This document shows positions 19,942 through 28,344 of a stretch of DNA of 44,322 nt, piece after piece. Made by a program: the position numbers and the translations under genes. How positions within the stretch are numbered: position 1 is the first letter of the stretch; each line of letters begins with the position of its first letter. Origin of the DNA: Actinomycetota bacterium (GTDB taxonomy: Bacteria > Actinomycetota > UBA4738 > CALAEC01); NCBI GenBank assembly GCA_035697085.1, contig DASSDP010000063.1:1-44322 (forward strand), in the 5' to 3' direction. The notes under the pieces were generated by a model. That model was not told the origin of the DNA and made no database searches. It was given only the letters and a program-made list of their open reading frames with translations.

Positions 19942-20414
19942 AGATCCTGCGTCGCGCTTCGAAGCACGAGCATGTGAGCCCGCTCGATGTTGACTACGAG
20001 CCCCCGCTTCCAACGGGGGAGAAGAGGAGGACCGTAGTGATCGTCGTGTTCATCCTGACGTCCGTGGCCATGGCCGCGATCGGACAGCTCATCCTGAAAT
20101 ACGGCGTTGACCAGATCGTGAAGCACACGGAGGGCGTCGTTCTTCGGGACCCCGTCGCCACGGCGGTCCGGGTAGCTCGGACGCCCGCGGTCTGGGGTGG
20201 CCTGGCGCTGTTCGGATTGTCTGCGGCGATGTGGATCGTGGTGCTGTCTCGAACGTCACTCTCGTTCGCCTATCCGTTCGCCTCGCTCACGTACGTGCTG
20301 ATCCTGCTGTTCGATCGATTCGCACTGAACGAGCCGGTGTCTGGGCTTCGATACGGCGGGGTGGCGCTGATCATCTTCGGGCTCGTCCTCATCTCCAGGA
20401 CCGGGCAGCCCTGA
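19938..20414 (+). CDS. Small DMT/EamA-type 4-TM membrane protein (ArnE/ArnF-like candidate lipid-linked sugar flippase)
   Basis: ORF 19725..20414 trimmed to GTG 19938 (GTGA overlap). The hydrophobic core is VVIVVFILTSVAMAAIGQLILKYG...WIVVLSRTSLSFAYPFASLTYVLILLF...GGVALIIFGLVLI. The start is uncertain. Confidence 0.6.
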   Translation: MKILRRASKHEHVSPLDVDYEPPLPTGEKRRTVVIVVFILTSVAMAAIGQLILKYGVDQIVKHTEGVVLRDPVATAVRVARTPAVWGGLALFGLSAAMWIVVLSRTSLSFAYPFASLTYVLILLFDRFALNEPVSGLRYGGVALIIFGLVLISRTGQP

Positions 20415-20419
20415 CGACT

Positions 20420-21331
20420 ATGGCCGAGCTCGCCGTCGTGGTGGTGAACCACAACGCGGGAACCTTCCTCCCGGGATGTCTCTCGTCGATCTACGCTGCG
20501 GCGGGCGATCTGGCCCTCGACGTCGTGCTCGTGGACAACGCCTCCACCGACGGAAGCACGGAGGATGCCGCCCGCGCGCATCCGTCGCTCCGGATCCTTC
20601 GGAACCGCGCCAATCGGGGGTTCGCTGCCGCCGCCAACCAGGGCGTGGCTGCAACGTCGGCTCCGTTCGTATTCCTGTTGAACCCGGACGCCGAGATCAT
20701 CGGGGGAAGCCTTCCTGCCCTCGTGAAGGTGGCGGGGGACCGCCCGAGGGCAGCGGTCATGGGTCCACTCGTCCGGAACTCCGACGGTTCCATCCAGGCC
20801 TCGGCCAGGAAGGTCCCCGATCTTCTGGAGTCCCTCGGCCACGCGTTTCTCGGGCCGTTCTCCCCGAACAATCGATTCTCGCGGGCCTACACCATGGCGG
20901 AGTGGGATCGATCGTCGGAGCGAGATGTCGAATGGGTCTCCGGCTGCGCCACGCTGGTTCGCCGGGAAGCGTTCGAAGCGGTTGGGGGCTTCGATGAAGG
21001 CTACTTCATGTACGTGGAGGACGTGGACATCTGCACCCGGCTGCGGCAGGCGGGGTGGACCGTGCTCTTCTCCCCGGAGCTGGAGGTCGTGCACGAGACC
21101 GGAGTCTCGGCCAGGAAGCGCTCCCGCAGACTCGCCTTCGAGCATTCACGGAGCATCTATCGGTACTTTTCCAAGAATCGGGCACGGGGCCCGGCGGTCC
21201 TTCTCAAGCCACTGGTGAAGGTGGCATTGTGGCTCCGGGCCCTTCTCGTCAGTCGTAATTCCCGGGCCAGGCCATCGGCGACTCGGACGGGCCCGCGGGC
21301 CACGGGACAACGAGGCCGGCCGAGCGGATGA
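20420..21331 (+). CDS. Glycosyltransferase family 2 (WbbL/rhamnosyltransferase-like)
   Basis: ORF 20231..21331 trimmed to ATG 20420: MAELAVVVVNHNAGTFL, VDNASTDGS, FLLNPDA and MYVEDVDICTR. Confidence 0.85.
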   Translation: MAELAVVVVNHNAGTFLPGCLSSIYAAAGDLALDVVLVDNASTDGSTEDAARAHPSLRILRNRANRGFAAAANQGVAATSAPFVFLLNPDAEIIGGSLPALVKVAGDRPRAAVMGPLVRNSDGSIQASARKVPDLLESLGHAFLGPFSPNNRFSRAYTMAEWDRSSERDVEWVSGCATLVRREAFEAVGGFDEGYFMYVEDVDICTRLRQAGWTVLFSPELEVVHETGVSARKRSRRLAFEHSRSIYRYFSKNRARGPAVLLKPLVKVALWLRALLVSRNSRARPSATRTGPRATGQRGRPSG

Positions 21332-22335
21332 AAGCCGTTGTCCTGGTCGGGGGCGAAGGGACGCGCCTCCGGCCCCTCACCGAGACGATCCCCAAGCCGC
21401 TCATACCGTTCATGAACCGTCCGTTCCTTCACCAAGTGCTGGACCATCTCGCCGCGCACGGCGTGGCCGAGGCCATCCTGTCCTCCCCGTATCTGGAGGA
21501 AGGGTTCAGGGGATTCCTCGAATCCAGGCACGGCGACCCTGCCGTCACGTGGATCACCGAGAGGGAGCCGCTCGGGACTTCCGGAGCTGTGGCCGGCGCA
21601 CTGGACCATCTCGATGAGACGTTTCTGGTTCTGAACGGGGACATCCTCACCGATCTGGACCTGACCGCTCTGATCGAATTCCATCACCGGCAGGAGGCGA
21701 TCGGGACGATCGCGCTGACCAGAGTGACCGACGCCCGGCGGTTCGGCTTGGTGGAGATGGAGGAAGACGGCCGGGTCCTGGCGTTCAAGGAGAAGCAGGC
21801 CCAACTCATGCCCGGTACGGTCAACGCCGGGACGTACGTTCTGGAGCCCCGCGCCCTCGCCGAGGTGCCCAGGGGTGTCATGGTGTCGATCGAGCGCGAG
21901 ACATTTCCCGGTCTCATCGCCCGCGACGAGCGGTTGTTCGCCTACGTCTCGGACGGCTACTGGCGTGACCTCGGATTGCCCGAAGACTATCTCCAAGCCC
22001 ACTTCGATGCGCTCGAAGGAAAGCTTGGCATTGACTACCCGCAACCCCTCGTGGGAGAGGGCTCACGGGTGGCACCAGATGCGGTCGTCGGCACCATGGC
22101 CGTACTCGGGGGCGGCTCGGTCGTGGCGTCCGAGGCGAGGATCGACCGGTCCGTGCTTCACGAGGGAGCCTCGGTGGGGGAGGGCGCGGTAGTGGAGGAG
22201 AGCGTCCTCGGCGCTGGTGCCGAGCTTGGAGCCGGAGCCATCGTCAGGAACTCTCTCCTGGCTGCGGGGGCCGGCGTGGCTGCCGGAACACAGGTCGATG
22301 GGGCCCGGATCCGCCCGGGCGAAGTAGCGAGCTGA
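21328..22335 (+). CDS. NDP-sugar pyrophosphorylase (mannose-1-phosphate guanylyltransferase type) with left-handed beta-helix C-terminus
   Basis: MKAVVLVGGEGTRLRPLTETIPKPL and LNGDILTDLD, followed by hexapeptide-like repeats at the C-terminus. Confidence 0.88.
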   Translation: MKAVVLVGGEGTRLRPLTETIPKPLIPFMNRPFLHQVLDHLAAHGVAEAILSSPYLEEGFRGFLESRHGDPAVTWITEREPLGTSGAVAGALDHLDETFLVLNGDILTDLDLTALIEFHHRQEAIGTIALTRVTDARRFGLVEMEEDGRVLAFKEKQAQLMPGTVNAGTYVLEPRALAEVPRGVMVSIERETFPGLIARDERLFAYVSDGYWRDLGLPEDYLQAHFDALEGKLGIDYPQPLVGEGSRVAPDAVVGTMAVLGGGSVVASEARIDRSVLHEGASVGEGAVVEESVLGAGAELGAGAIVRNSLLAAGAGVAAGTQVDGARIRPGEVAS

Positions 22336-22338
22336 CGG

Positions 22339-23079
22339 TTACAGCGCCGGTGCCTCCGGGGCGTCGGAGTGGTCACGGTACTCGTCGATGAATCCCCTGG
22401 CCACGGCGATGACGTCATCGGCGTCGGCCGCCGTAACCGTGGGGCAGCTCCGGAGATGTGTCCAGGCAGCGAATGCAAGGCCCTGCTCATCGGGAAGATC
22501 AGGGTAGGGCGCCAGGATCACTTGGTCTTCGGCATTCGCCAGGTCGGCCAACGCGTCCACGACAGATTGGGGAACGCCGGCGTCGTCCTGTGGTCGGTAA
22601 TAGAGAAGCACATACCCGTGTTCGAGGTTGTGTACGGCCCTCGCTTCCAGGTTCACGTCGAACGGCTGGTCGTACACACGTGAATCTGCGGGCAGCGGGT
22701 CTCCGTTGTGTTTCCCCGACGTGCCCGGCGTCGAGCCGTACTCGGGAGGCTGCTCACCCGCGGCGAGGTGCTGCCGACCCTCGTCCGGCAGATCCTCGAC
22801 CTGTGTGCAGCCCAGTCGCTCGGCTGCTTCGGCGGCTTCCGCCCGTTGACGCCGACTCTCACCACCTCTCCAGTAGATGAGCACCGCGATCAGGGCGGCC
22901 ACGACGACCACGATCCCCAGTCTCGAAAGGCGTCGAAGCAAGACACGCCGGCGGGCCCGGCGGATGCGGGCCTCCCGCTCCTTTCGAGCTTCCTCTTTCC
23001 GCTCCACCCGAGCCGATGTTGGCTCCGGGCGAACGGCGGGTCGCGTGGGCGGACGCCGTCTCTTTTTCTTCTTGGCCAC
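22339..23079 (-). CDS. DUF3105 domain membrane-anchored protein
   Basis: Lys/Arg-rich N-terminus, one TM segment (LGIVVVVAALIAVLIY), then a HNLEHGYVLLYY motif as I remember for DUF3105. Confidence 0.65.
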   Translation of the reverse strand: MAKKKKRRRPPTRPAVRPEPTSARVERKEEARKEREARIRRARRRVLLRRLSRLGIVVVVAALIAVLIYWRGGESRRQRAEAAEAAERLGCTQVEDLPDEGRQHLAAGEQPPEYGSTPGTSGKHNGDPLPADSRVYDQPFDVNLEARAVHNLEHGYVLLYYRPQDDAGVPQSVVDALADLANAEDQVILAPYPDLPDEQGLAFAAWTHLRSCPTVTAADADDVIAVARGFIDEYRDHSDAPEAPAL

Positions 23080-23152
23080 TCGGTACCTCGATCAGAAGTC
23101 GCGCGGAGGTATCACTATAGCGAGAAGGCGGCCGCGTTCCCGGTCCCGCAGG

Positions 23153-24448
23153 TCACAGGATGCGAAGGTGCATCTCCGGATCAAGCGGGGGACGAGAGGG
23201 CGGGTCGCCGGGAGGGAACGGGCCCGCGGCGATCGCGCCCATTGGAAGCCACTCCGAACCCAGCCCCAGCGCTGCCCGTGTTTCCTCCTTGCAGAAGAGC
23301 GTCGATGACACCCAGCACGAGGCGAACCCCTGCGCGTGAAGCGCGAGCATGAAGTTCTGCACGGCCGCTCCGGTCGCCAGCAGGAACATCTCCCGCTCGG
23401 CCTCGCTCCGGCGCTCGTCCGGGTAGTTGTCGGATTTGGCCACGGACAGGCTGGGGATGGCCAACGCGGGGGCCGCGCCCAGGATGGCGTCCGATCCTGC
23501 CCGTCGCCGCTCGATCACCGACGGGGCGACCCCGTCGGCCTCGAGGTCCCGGGCCCACGCTGCCCCCATGGCATCCAACAGCCGCTTCCTGGCCGGAGCA
23601 GACTCGAGGACCATCCACAGCCACGGCCGGGTCGGGTGGCGGGAGCCATGAGGGACCGGGGCGGTGAGCGCCGCCGCGACCGCCTCCCGGAGGACCGGCC
23701 TGGGAACCACTCCCGGCCCGAATTCCCTGATCGAGCGGCGGGCCGAGATCGAGGCGAGGGGAGACTCTCGGAAGAGGTCCTCTTCTCGGGGACGGACGAT
23801 CTCCGCCCCGGATCCATGCGGCGCTTCCGGGCGCAGCCCCCGGACCACGGCAACCGGAACCCCTTCGTCCTTGGCCATCACCAGTCCGCTGGCAGCAGCC
23901 ACCTCATCAGCCAGGGCCACGACCGTGCTCTCGAGCAGTCGGCCGTGGAGGTCTCTGGTGCCCCGAAGGTCGACGAGTGCCGGGAGTCCATCGCATCCGA
24001 TGGCCACGTTCACGACTCCTCGTCTCCATGGACGTCCGAACGTATCGGTGACCACGACGCCCACGTCCCGGCCCGTTCGCTCTCGGAGCCCCCCCCGGAT
24101 CCGTGCCGCCGAAGCGTCCGGGTCCTCGGGGAGCAAGCTGAGGAAGCCGTCGGCGACGTTCGACCGATCCACCCCGGCGTTGGCGCACACGAATCCGTGT
24201 CGCGTTTCGGCCACGATCAGGTCCCCTCGCCGGGCCACGATTCGTCGGGACTCGCGGAGGACCCATTCGTCCTTCCCGTCGTCCGGCACCACGCGCCCCT
24301 CGGCCTTGGAGACGATCTTCTGGGTGACCGCAACGACGTCGCCATCACGAAGTTCGAACGAGCCGAGTGCCTCCACGATCAGCGAGGCGATGTCGTCGCC
24401 GGGGCCGACCTCCGGGATCCCCCGAACGGGAACGATCTCGGTCGTCAT
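23153..24448 (-). CDS. fbiB: Bifunctional F420 gamma-glutamyl ligase / dehydro-F420-0 reductase
   Basis: ORF 23153..24805 trimmed to Met120 (cat at 24446-24448; ATGA overlap with fbiA). CofE part: VAVTQKIVSKAEGR, CANAGVD. C-terminal nitroreductase-like part: ISARRSIREF. Confidence 0.88.
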   Translation of the reverse strand: MTTEIVPVRGIPEVGPGDDIASLIVEALGSFELRDGDVVAVTQKIVSKAEGRVVPDDGKDEWVLRESRRIVARRGDLIVAETRHGFVCANAGVDRSNVADGFLSLLPEDPDASAARIRGGLRERTGRDVGVVVTDTFGRPWRRGVVNVAIGCDGLPALVDLRGTRDLHGRLLESTVVALADEVAAASGLVMAKDEGVPVAVVRGLRPEAPHGSGAEIVRPREEDLFRESPLASISARRSIREFGPGVVPRPVLREAVAAALTAPVPHGSRHPTRPWLWMVLESAPARKRLLDAMGAAWARDLEADGVAPSVIERRRAGSDAILGAAPALAIPSLSVAKSDNYPDERRSEAEREMFLLATGAAVQNFMLALHAQGFASCWVSSTLFCKEETRAALGLGSEWLPMGAIAAGPFPPGDPPSRPPLDPEMHLRIL

Positions 24449-25389
24449 CCGCGGATCAGATCCAGCGCCGCGCGGGCTACAGCTTCCGCGACCGAGTCGT
24501 CGACCATGACCGTATCCGCGATCGCCACGCGCATCCCGAGCTCGGAGCGGAGGCGATCGGCGAGGGCGCGGTCGATCTCGTCGATGACGAACGCGCCGAG
24601 CAGGCCCTGATACGCGGCGGCGGCCCCGAACGCCGACAGCTCCATCCCCACCGCCGGCATCAGCCGGTCGGCCATCCCTCGGAGCGGCGCTCCGCCCACG
24701 ATTGGGCTGACGCCCACGGCTCGGTCCCGTCGGTTTCGAAGTTCGTCCACGATCTCTCGGATGCTGAGGATCGGCCGGATGCTGGCGACGGGATTGGACG
24801 GACACACGATCACGGTCTCGGCTCCACGGATCGCCTCCACCACGCCGGGCGCCGGTCTGGCCTGGTCCGCCCCCTCGTATCGGACGTTCTTGACCTCATC
24901 CCGGGCGCCACGAGCCACCCAATACTCCTGGAAATGAAGATCCATGGCCCGGCCGGAATCGTCGACGGCTTCGATGCGAGTGGTCACTCGCTCGTTCGAC
25001 ATCGGGAGGATCCGGCAGCCGACTCCGAACCCTCTGCGTATGGAGTCCGTTGCTTCCGATAGCGTGTTTCCGCTTCGAATCAGGTCGGTGCGCAAGAGAT
25101 GTGTCGCCAGGTCCAGGTCTCCAAGTGCGAACCACGCCTCGCCGCCCAGGTCTTTCAACGTGTCCCTGGCCCGAAACGACTCGTTCTCTCGCCCCCACCC
25201 CCGGTCCCGATCCGCCACACCCGCGAGCCAGTACATGACCGAGTCGATGTCGGGCGAGATGTGAAGGCCGTGCAGCGTCACGTCGTCGGCGGTGTTGACG
25301 ATCACGGTCAGCTCTCCGGGGTCGACCACCCGGAGGAGTCCCCGCAGGAACTTTCCGGCTCCCACCCCCCCGGCAAGCGCCGCGATCAT
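24445..25389 (-). CDS. fbiA: 2-phospho-L-lactate (or EPPG) transferase
   Basis: MIAALAGGVGAGKFLRGL, VNTADD and GLHISPDIDSVMYWLAG are CofD/FbiA signatures. Confidence 0.9.
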   Translation of the reverse strand: MIAALAGGVGAGKFLRGLLRVVDPGELTVIVNTADDVTLHGLHISPDIDSVMYWLAGVADRDRGWGRENESFRARDTLKDLGGEAWFALGDLDLATHLLRTDLIRSGNTLSEATDSIRRGFGVGCRILPMSNERVTTRIEAVDDSGRAMDLHFQEYWVARGARDEVKNVRYEGADQARPAPGVVEAIRGAETVIVCPSNPVASIRPILSIREIVDELRNRRDRAVGVSPIVGGAPLRGMADRLMPAVGMELSAFGAAAAYQGLLGAFVIDEIDRALADRLRSELGMRVAIADTVMVDDSVAEAVARAALDLIRG

Positions 25390-25477
25390 GGGTTCACACT
25401 ACCGCCCTGGACGTTGTGGATCGGTTCCCGGCTCGTGGGTTGAAGAAGTGGGTCTTCGAAACTACCCTCGAGCTTCG

Positions 25478-27979
25478 ATGAACGCGGGAAGCTCGGCAAC
25501 GCGCCGCGCGCTGAAGCGCGCGTCCGACGGCAAGACCCTCACGGTCGACGAGGCAGCCGTCCTCATGGGCGTTCGCGGAACGGCGCTCGAGGAGCTGTTG
25601 GCCGTCGCCGGTGCACTTCGCGATCTCGGTCAGGGCCGCACCGTCACGTATTCGAGAAAAGTGTTCATCCCGCTCACGATGCTGTGTCGAGACGTCTGCC
25701 ACTACTGCACGTTCGCGAAACCGCCCGCCCGACTGGACAAACCATTCCTCACGCCAGAGGACGTCGTGACCATCGCCGAGGCCGGACGCCGGGCCGGCTG
25801 CAAGGAAGCGCTGTTCACGCTGGGCGATCGCCCCGAGGAACGATATCCGGTTGCCAGAGATTGGCTCGCGGAACGCGGTTACCACTCGACGCTCGACTAC
25901 GTGCGCTCCGTCTCCATCACCGTCCTCGAGCGAACCGGCCTTCTCCCGCATCTGAACCCCGGCGTGATGACGTGGGAGGAAATGGCTCGACTGAAACATG
26001 TCTCGGCGTCGATGGGACTGATGCTCGAGCACGCCACGGATCGCTTGATGGAAAAGGGCATGCCCCATCACGGCTCGCCCGACAAGATCCCCGCGGTTCG
26101 ACTCCGCACGATCGAGGACGCGGGACGACTGTCGATCCCATTCACCACCGGGATCCTGGTCGGCATCGGAGAGACGTTGCAGGAGCGAGCGGAATCGGTG
26201 TTCGCCATTGCCAAGCTGCACCGTCGGTACCGCCACGTCCAGGAGGTCATCGTCCAGAACTTCAGGGCGAAGCCCGGGACCGCGATGCATGCGCATCCGG
26301 AACCGGAGACGGAGGAGTTCCTTGCCGCAGTGGCCACAGCGCGGGTGATCCTGGGTCCGAAGGTGAACCTGCAGGCTCCGCCGAACCTGTCGGACCCGCA
26401 CTATCCGCGCCTCCTCGATGCCGGCATCAACGATTGGGGAGGCGTCTCGCCGGTGACGCCCGATCACGTGAACCCCGAGGCGCCGTGGCCGAGGCTGGAC
26501 CACCTTCGGCAGCGAACCGAGGAGAAGGGCTTCTCCCTTCGCGAGCGCCTGTGCATCTATCCCGAGTACGCCATGAGGCCGGATCCGTTCCTCGCCGGAA
26601 AGATGCAACGGCCGGTCGCGGCCCTCGTCGGCTCCGATGGGCTGGCGGTGGAGGGGCAGCGTCCCGAGCCGGTGGAATGGCAGGACCCGGACGTGCAGTG
26701 GAAGCCGCGGCGAACCGAACTCACGTTCGCCAAGGGAGCAGACGCAGGCCTTCGCGAGGACTCCCTGGCCGTGTACGGGGACTGGGATGAGCTCGAGGTG
26801 ACCAGGAGCTGGATACGAGAACGCGTCCCCGGGCCCCGCCTCGATCGTGAGATCGCGAGGGCCCTGGGAAAGGCCGCGGCCGGCGGCCCGATCACAGATG
26901 CGGAGGCCCTCGCGCTGTTCAGGGCGGACGGGCCGGCACTGGAAGCGCTCTGCGAGGTCGCTGATGATCTCCGCCGCGAGGCGGTCGGCGACGACGTCAC
27001 CTACGTGGTGAACCGAAATGTCAACTTCACCAACGTGTGCTACACGGGGTGTCGGTTCTGCGCCTTCGCGCAGCGCGAGGTGGATGAGGACTCATACACG
27101 ATCACGCTGGACGAGGTGGCCGACAGAGCCGAAGAGGCCTGGCGATACGGCGCTACCGAGGTGTGCATGCAGGGCGGGCTCCATCCCAGTCTGCCGGGAG
27201 ACTTCTACTTTCAGCTCCTCGACGCGGTCAGGGCCCGAGTTCCCGATATCCACATACACGCGTTCAGTCCGATGGAAGTGCTGAATGGTTCCACACGGCT
27301 CGGAATCTCCTTCCGAGAGTTTCTCGAGGAATGCAAACGGCACGGTCTCGGCACCATCCCGGGCACGGCCGCAGAGATCCTGGACGATGACGTTCGTTGG
27401 CTGCTTACCAAAGGAAAGCTTCCTGCGGATACCTGGGAGGAGATCGTCAAGACCGCGCACGCGATCGGCATTCGTTCTTCGTCGACGATCATGTACGGAC
27501 ACGTCGATGCCCCTCCACATTGGGTCGCGCACATCCGAAGGCTCGCGCGTATCCAGGAGGAGACCGGCGGATTCACCGAGTTCGTTCCGCTGCCGTTCGT
27601 TCATCAGAACTCACCGATCTATCTCGCAGGGAAAGCGCGCGCCGGTGCAACATTTGAAGAAAATCGTCGCATGCATGCAATTGCGCGGATACTATTGACT
27701 GGTCGCATAACTAATGTTCAAGTTTCATGGGTGAAGATTGGAATCGATGCATGCAAAGTGATACTCGCCGGCGGCGCGAACGATTTCGGCGGCACGTTGA
27801 TGGAAGAGACGATCTCGCGAATGGCGGGAGCGGAATGGGGAATCAGGAAGGATCCATGGGAGTTCGAAGAAGCGATCCGTGCGATCGATCGCACGCCCGT
27901 GCAGCGAACGACAACGTACGAGCGGGTGGAAGCGTCACGTGTTCATCGCGTAGAATCGCCACGCGTCGCGCGGCCCTAG
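25478..27979 (+). CDS. fbiC: FO synthase, fused CofG+CofH radical-SAM halves
   Basis: ORF 25292..27979 trimmed to ATG 25478. Two radical-SAM cysteine motifs are present: CRDVCHYCTF and CYTGCRFCAF. 833 aa. Confidence 0.93.
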   Translation: MNAGSSATRRALKRASDGKTLTVDEAAVLMGVRGTALEELLAVAGALRDLGQGRTVTYSRKVFIPLTMLCRDVCHYCTFAKPPARLDKPFLTPEDVVTIAEAGRRAGCKEALFTLGDRPEERYPVARDWLAERGYHSTLDYVRSVSITVLERTGLLPHLNPGVMTWEEMARLKHVSASMGLMLEHATDRLMEKGMPHHGSPDKIPAVRLRTIEDAGRLSIPFTTGILVGIGETLQERAESVFAIAKLHRRYRHVQEVIVQNFRAKPGTAMHAHPEPETEEFLAAVATARVILGPKVNLQAPPNLSDPHYPRLLDAGINDWGGVSPVTPDHVNPEAPWPRLDHLRQRTEEKGFSLRERLCIYPEYAMRPDPFLAGKMQRPVAALVGSDGLAVEGQRPEPVEWQDPDVQWKPRRTELTFAKGADAGLREDSLAVYGDWDELEVTRSWIRERVPGPRLDREIARALGKAAAGGPITDAEALALFRADGPALEALCEVADDLRREAVGDDVTYVVNRNVNFTNVCYTGCRFCAFAQREVDEDSYTITLDEVADRAEEAWRYGATEVCMQGGLHPSLPGDFYFQLLDAVRARVPDIHIHAFSPMEVLNGSTRLGISFREFLEECKRHGLGTIPGTAAEILDDDVRWLLTKGKLPADTWEEIVKTAHAIGIRSSSTIMYGHVDAPPHWVAHIRRLARIQEETGGFTEFVPLPFVHQNSPIYLAGKARAGATFEENRRMHAIARILLTGRITNVQVSWVKIGIDACKVILAGGANDFGGTLMEETISRMAGAEWGIRKDPWEFEEAIRAIDRTPVQRTTTYERVEASRVHRVESPRVARP

Positions 27980-28060
27980 GTTTTCTTCCCTTCGGTGCTC
28001 GATTTCCCCAGAAAAAAAAGTCATCATCGGGACTGGACAAACGCGCGGCCCTTCCCTCAG

Positions 28061-28078
28061 AATTACACAAATGTAATT
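28061..28078. promoter_or_regulatory. Perfect 7-4-7 inverted repeat AATTACA-caaa-TGTAATT upstream of whiB (candidate operator)
   Basis: Read directly from the sequence. It lies 19 nt upstream of GTG 28097 and overlaps a TANNNT-type hexamer TAATTT (28074-28079). Confidence 0.35.
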
Positions 28079-28096
28079 TTGATGGGGGAGGGTGGA

Positions 28097-28324
28097 GTGC
28101 ACCACTACATCCCATGGCAAGAGCGAGCAAAGTGCCGGGACTTCGATCCCGAGATCTTCTTCCCCGAAAAAGGTGGATCGTCGCGGGAGGCGAAACGGAT
28201 TTGCGCCGACTGCGAGGTCCGCATCCAGTGCCTGAACTACGCGCTGCGCCGCGACGAGCGGTACGGCGTGTGGGGAGGGATGAGCGAACGGGAACGGCGA
28301 CGCCTGAAGCGTATGGCGTCCTGA
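28097..28324 (+). CDS. whiB: WhiB-family Fe-S transcription factor
   Basis: CRDFDPEIFFP...CADCEVRIQC...GVWGGMSERERRRLKR (four Cys plus the GVWGG turn). GTG 28097 has GGGGGAGG 5-6 nt upstream. ATG 28082 is an in-frame alternative; the track ORF starts at 27995. Confidence 0.9.
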   Translation: MHHYIPWQERAKCRDFDPEIFFPEKGGSSREAKRICADCEVRIQCLNYALRRDERYGVWGGMSERERRRLKRMAS

Positions 28325-28344
28325 AGAGCGAAAGGAGGTGAAGG

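Noticed and set aside
28061-28078. Calling the whiB-upstream palindrome a BldD box or a CRP site
   Set aside because: The half-sites TTAC/GTAA are separated by 6 nt rather than the 5 nt of the BldD consensus as I remember it. There is no TGTGA-N6-TCACA. It is kept only as an unassigned operator candidate.
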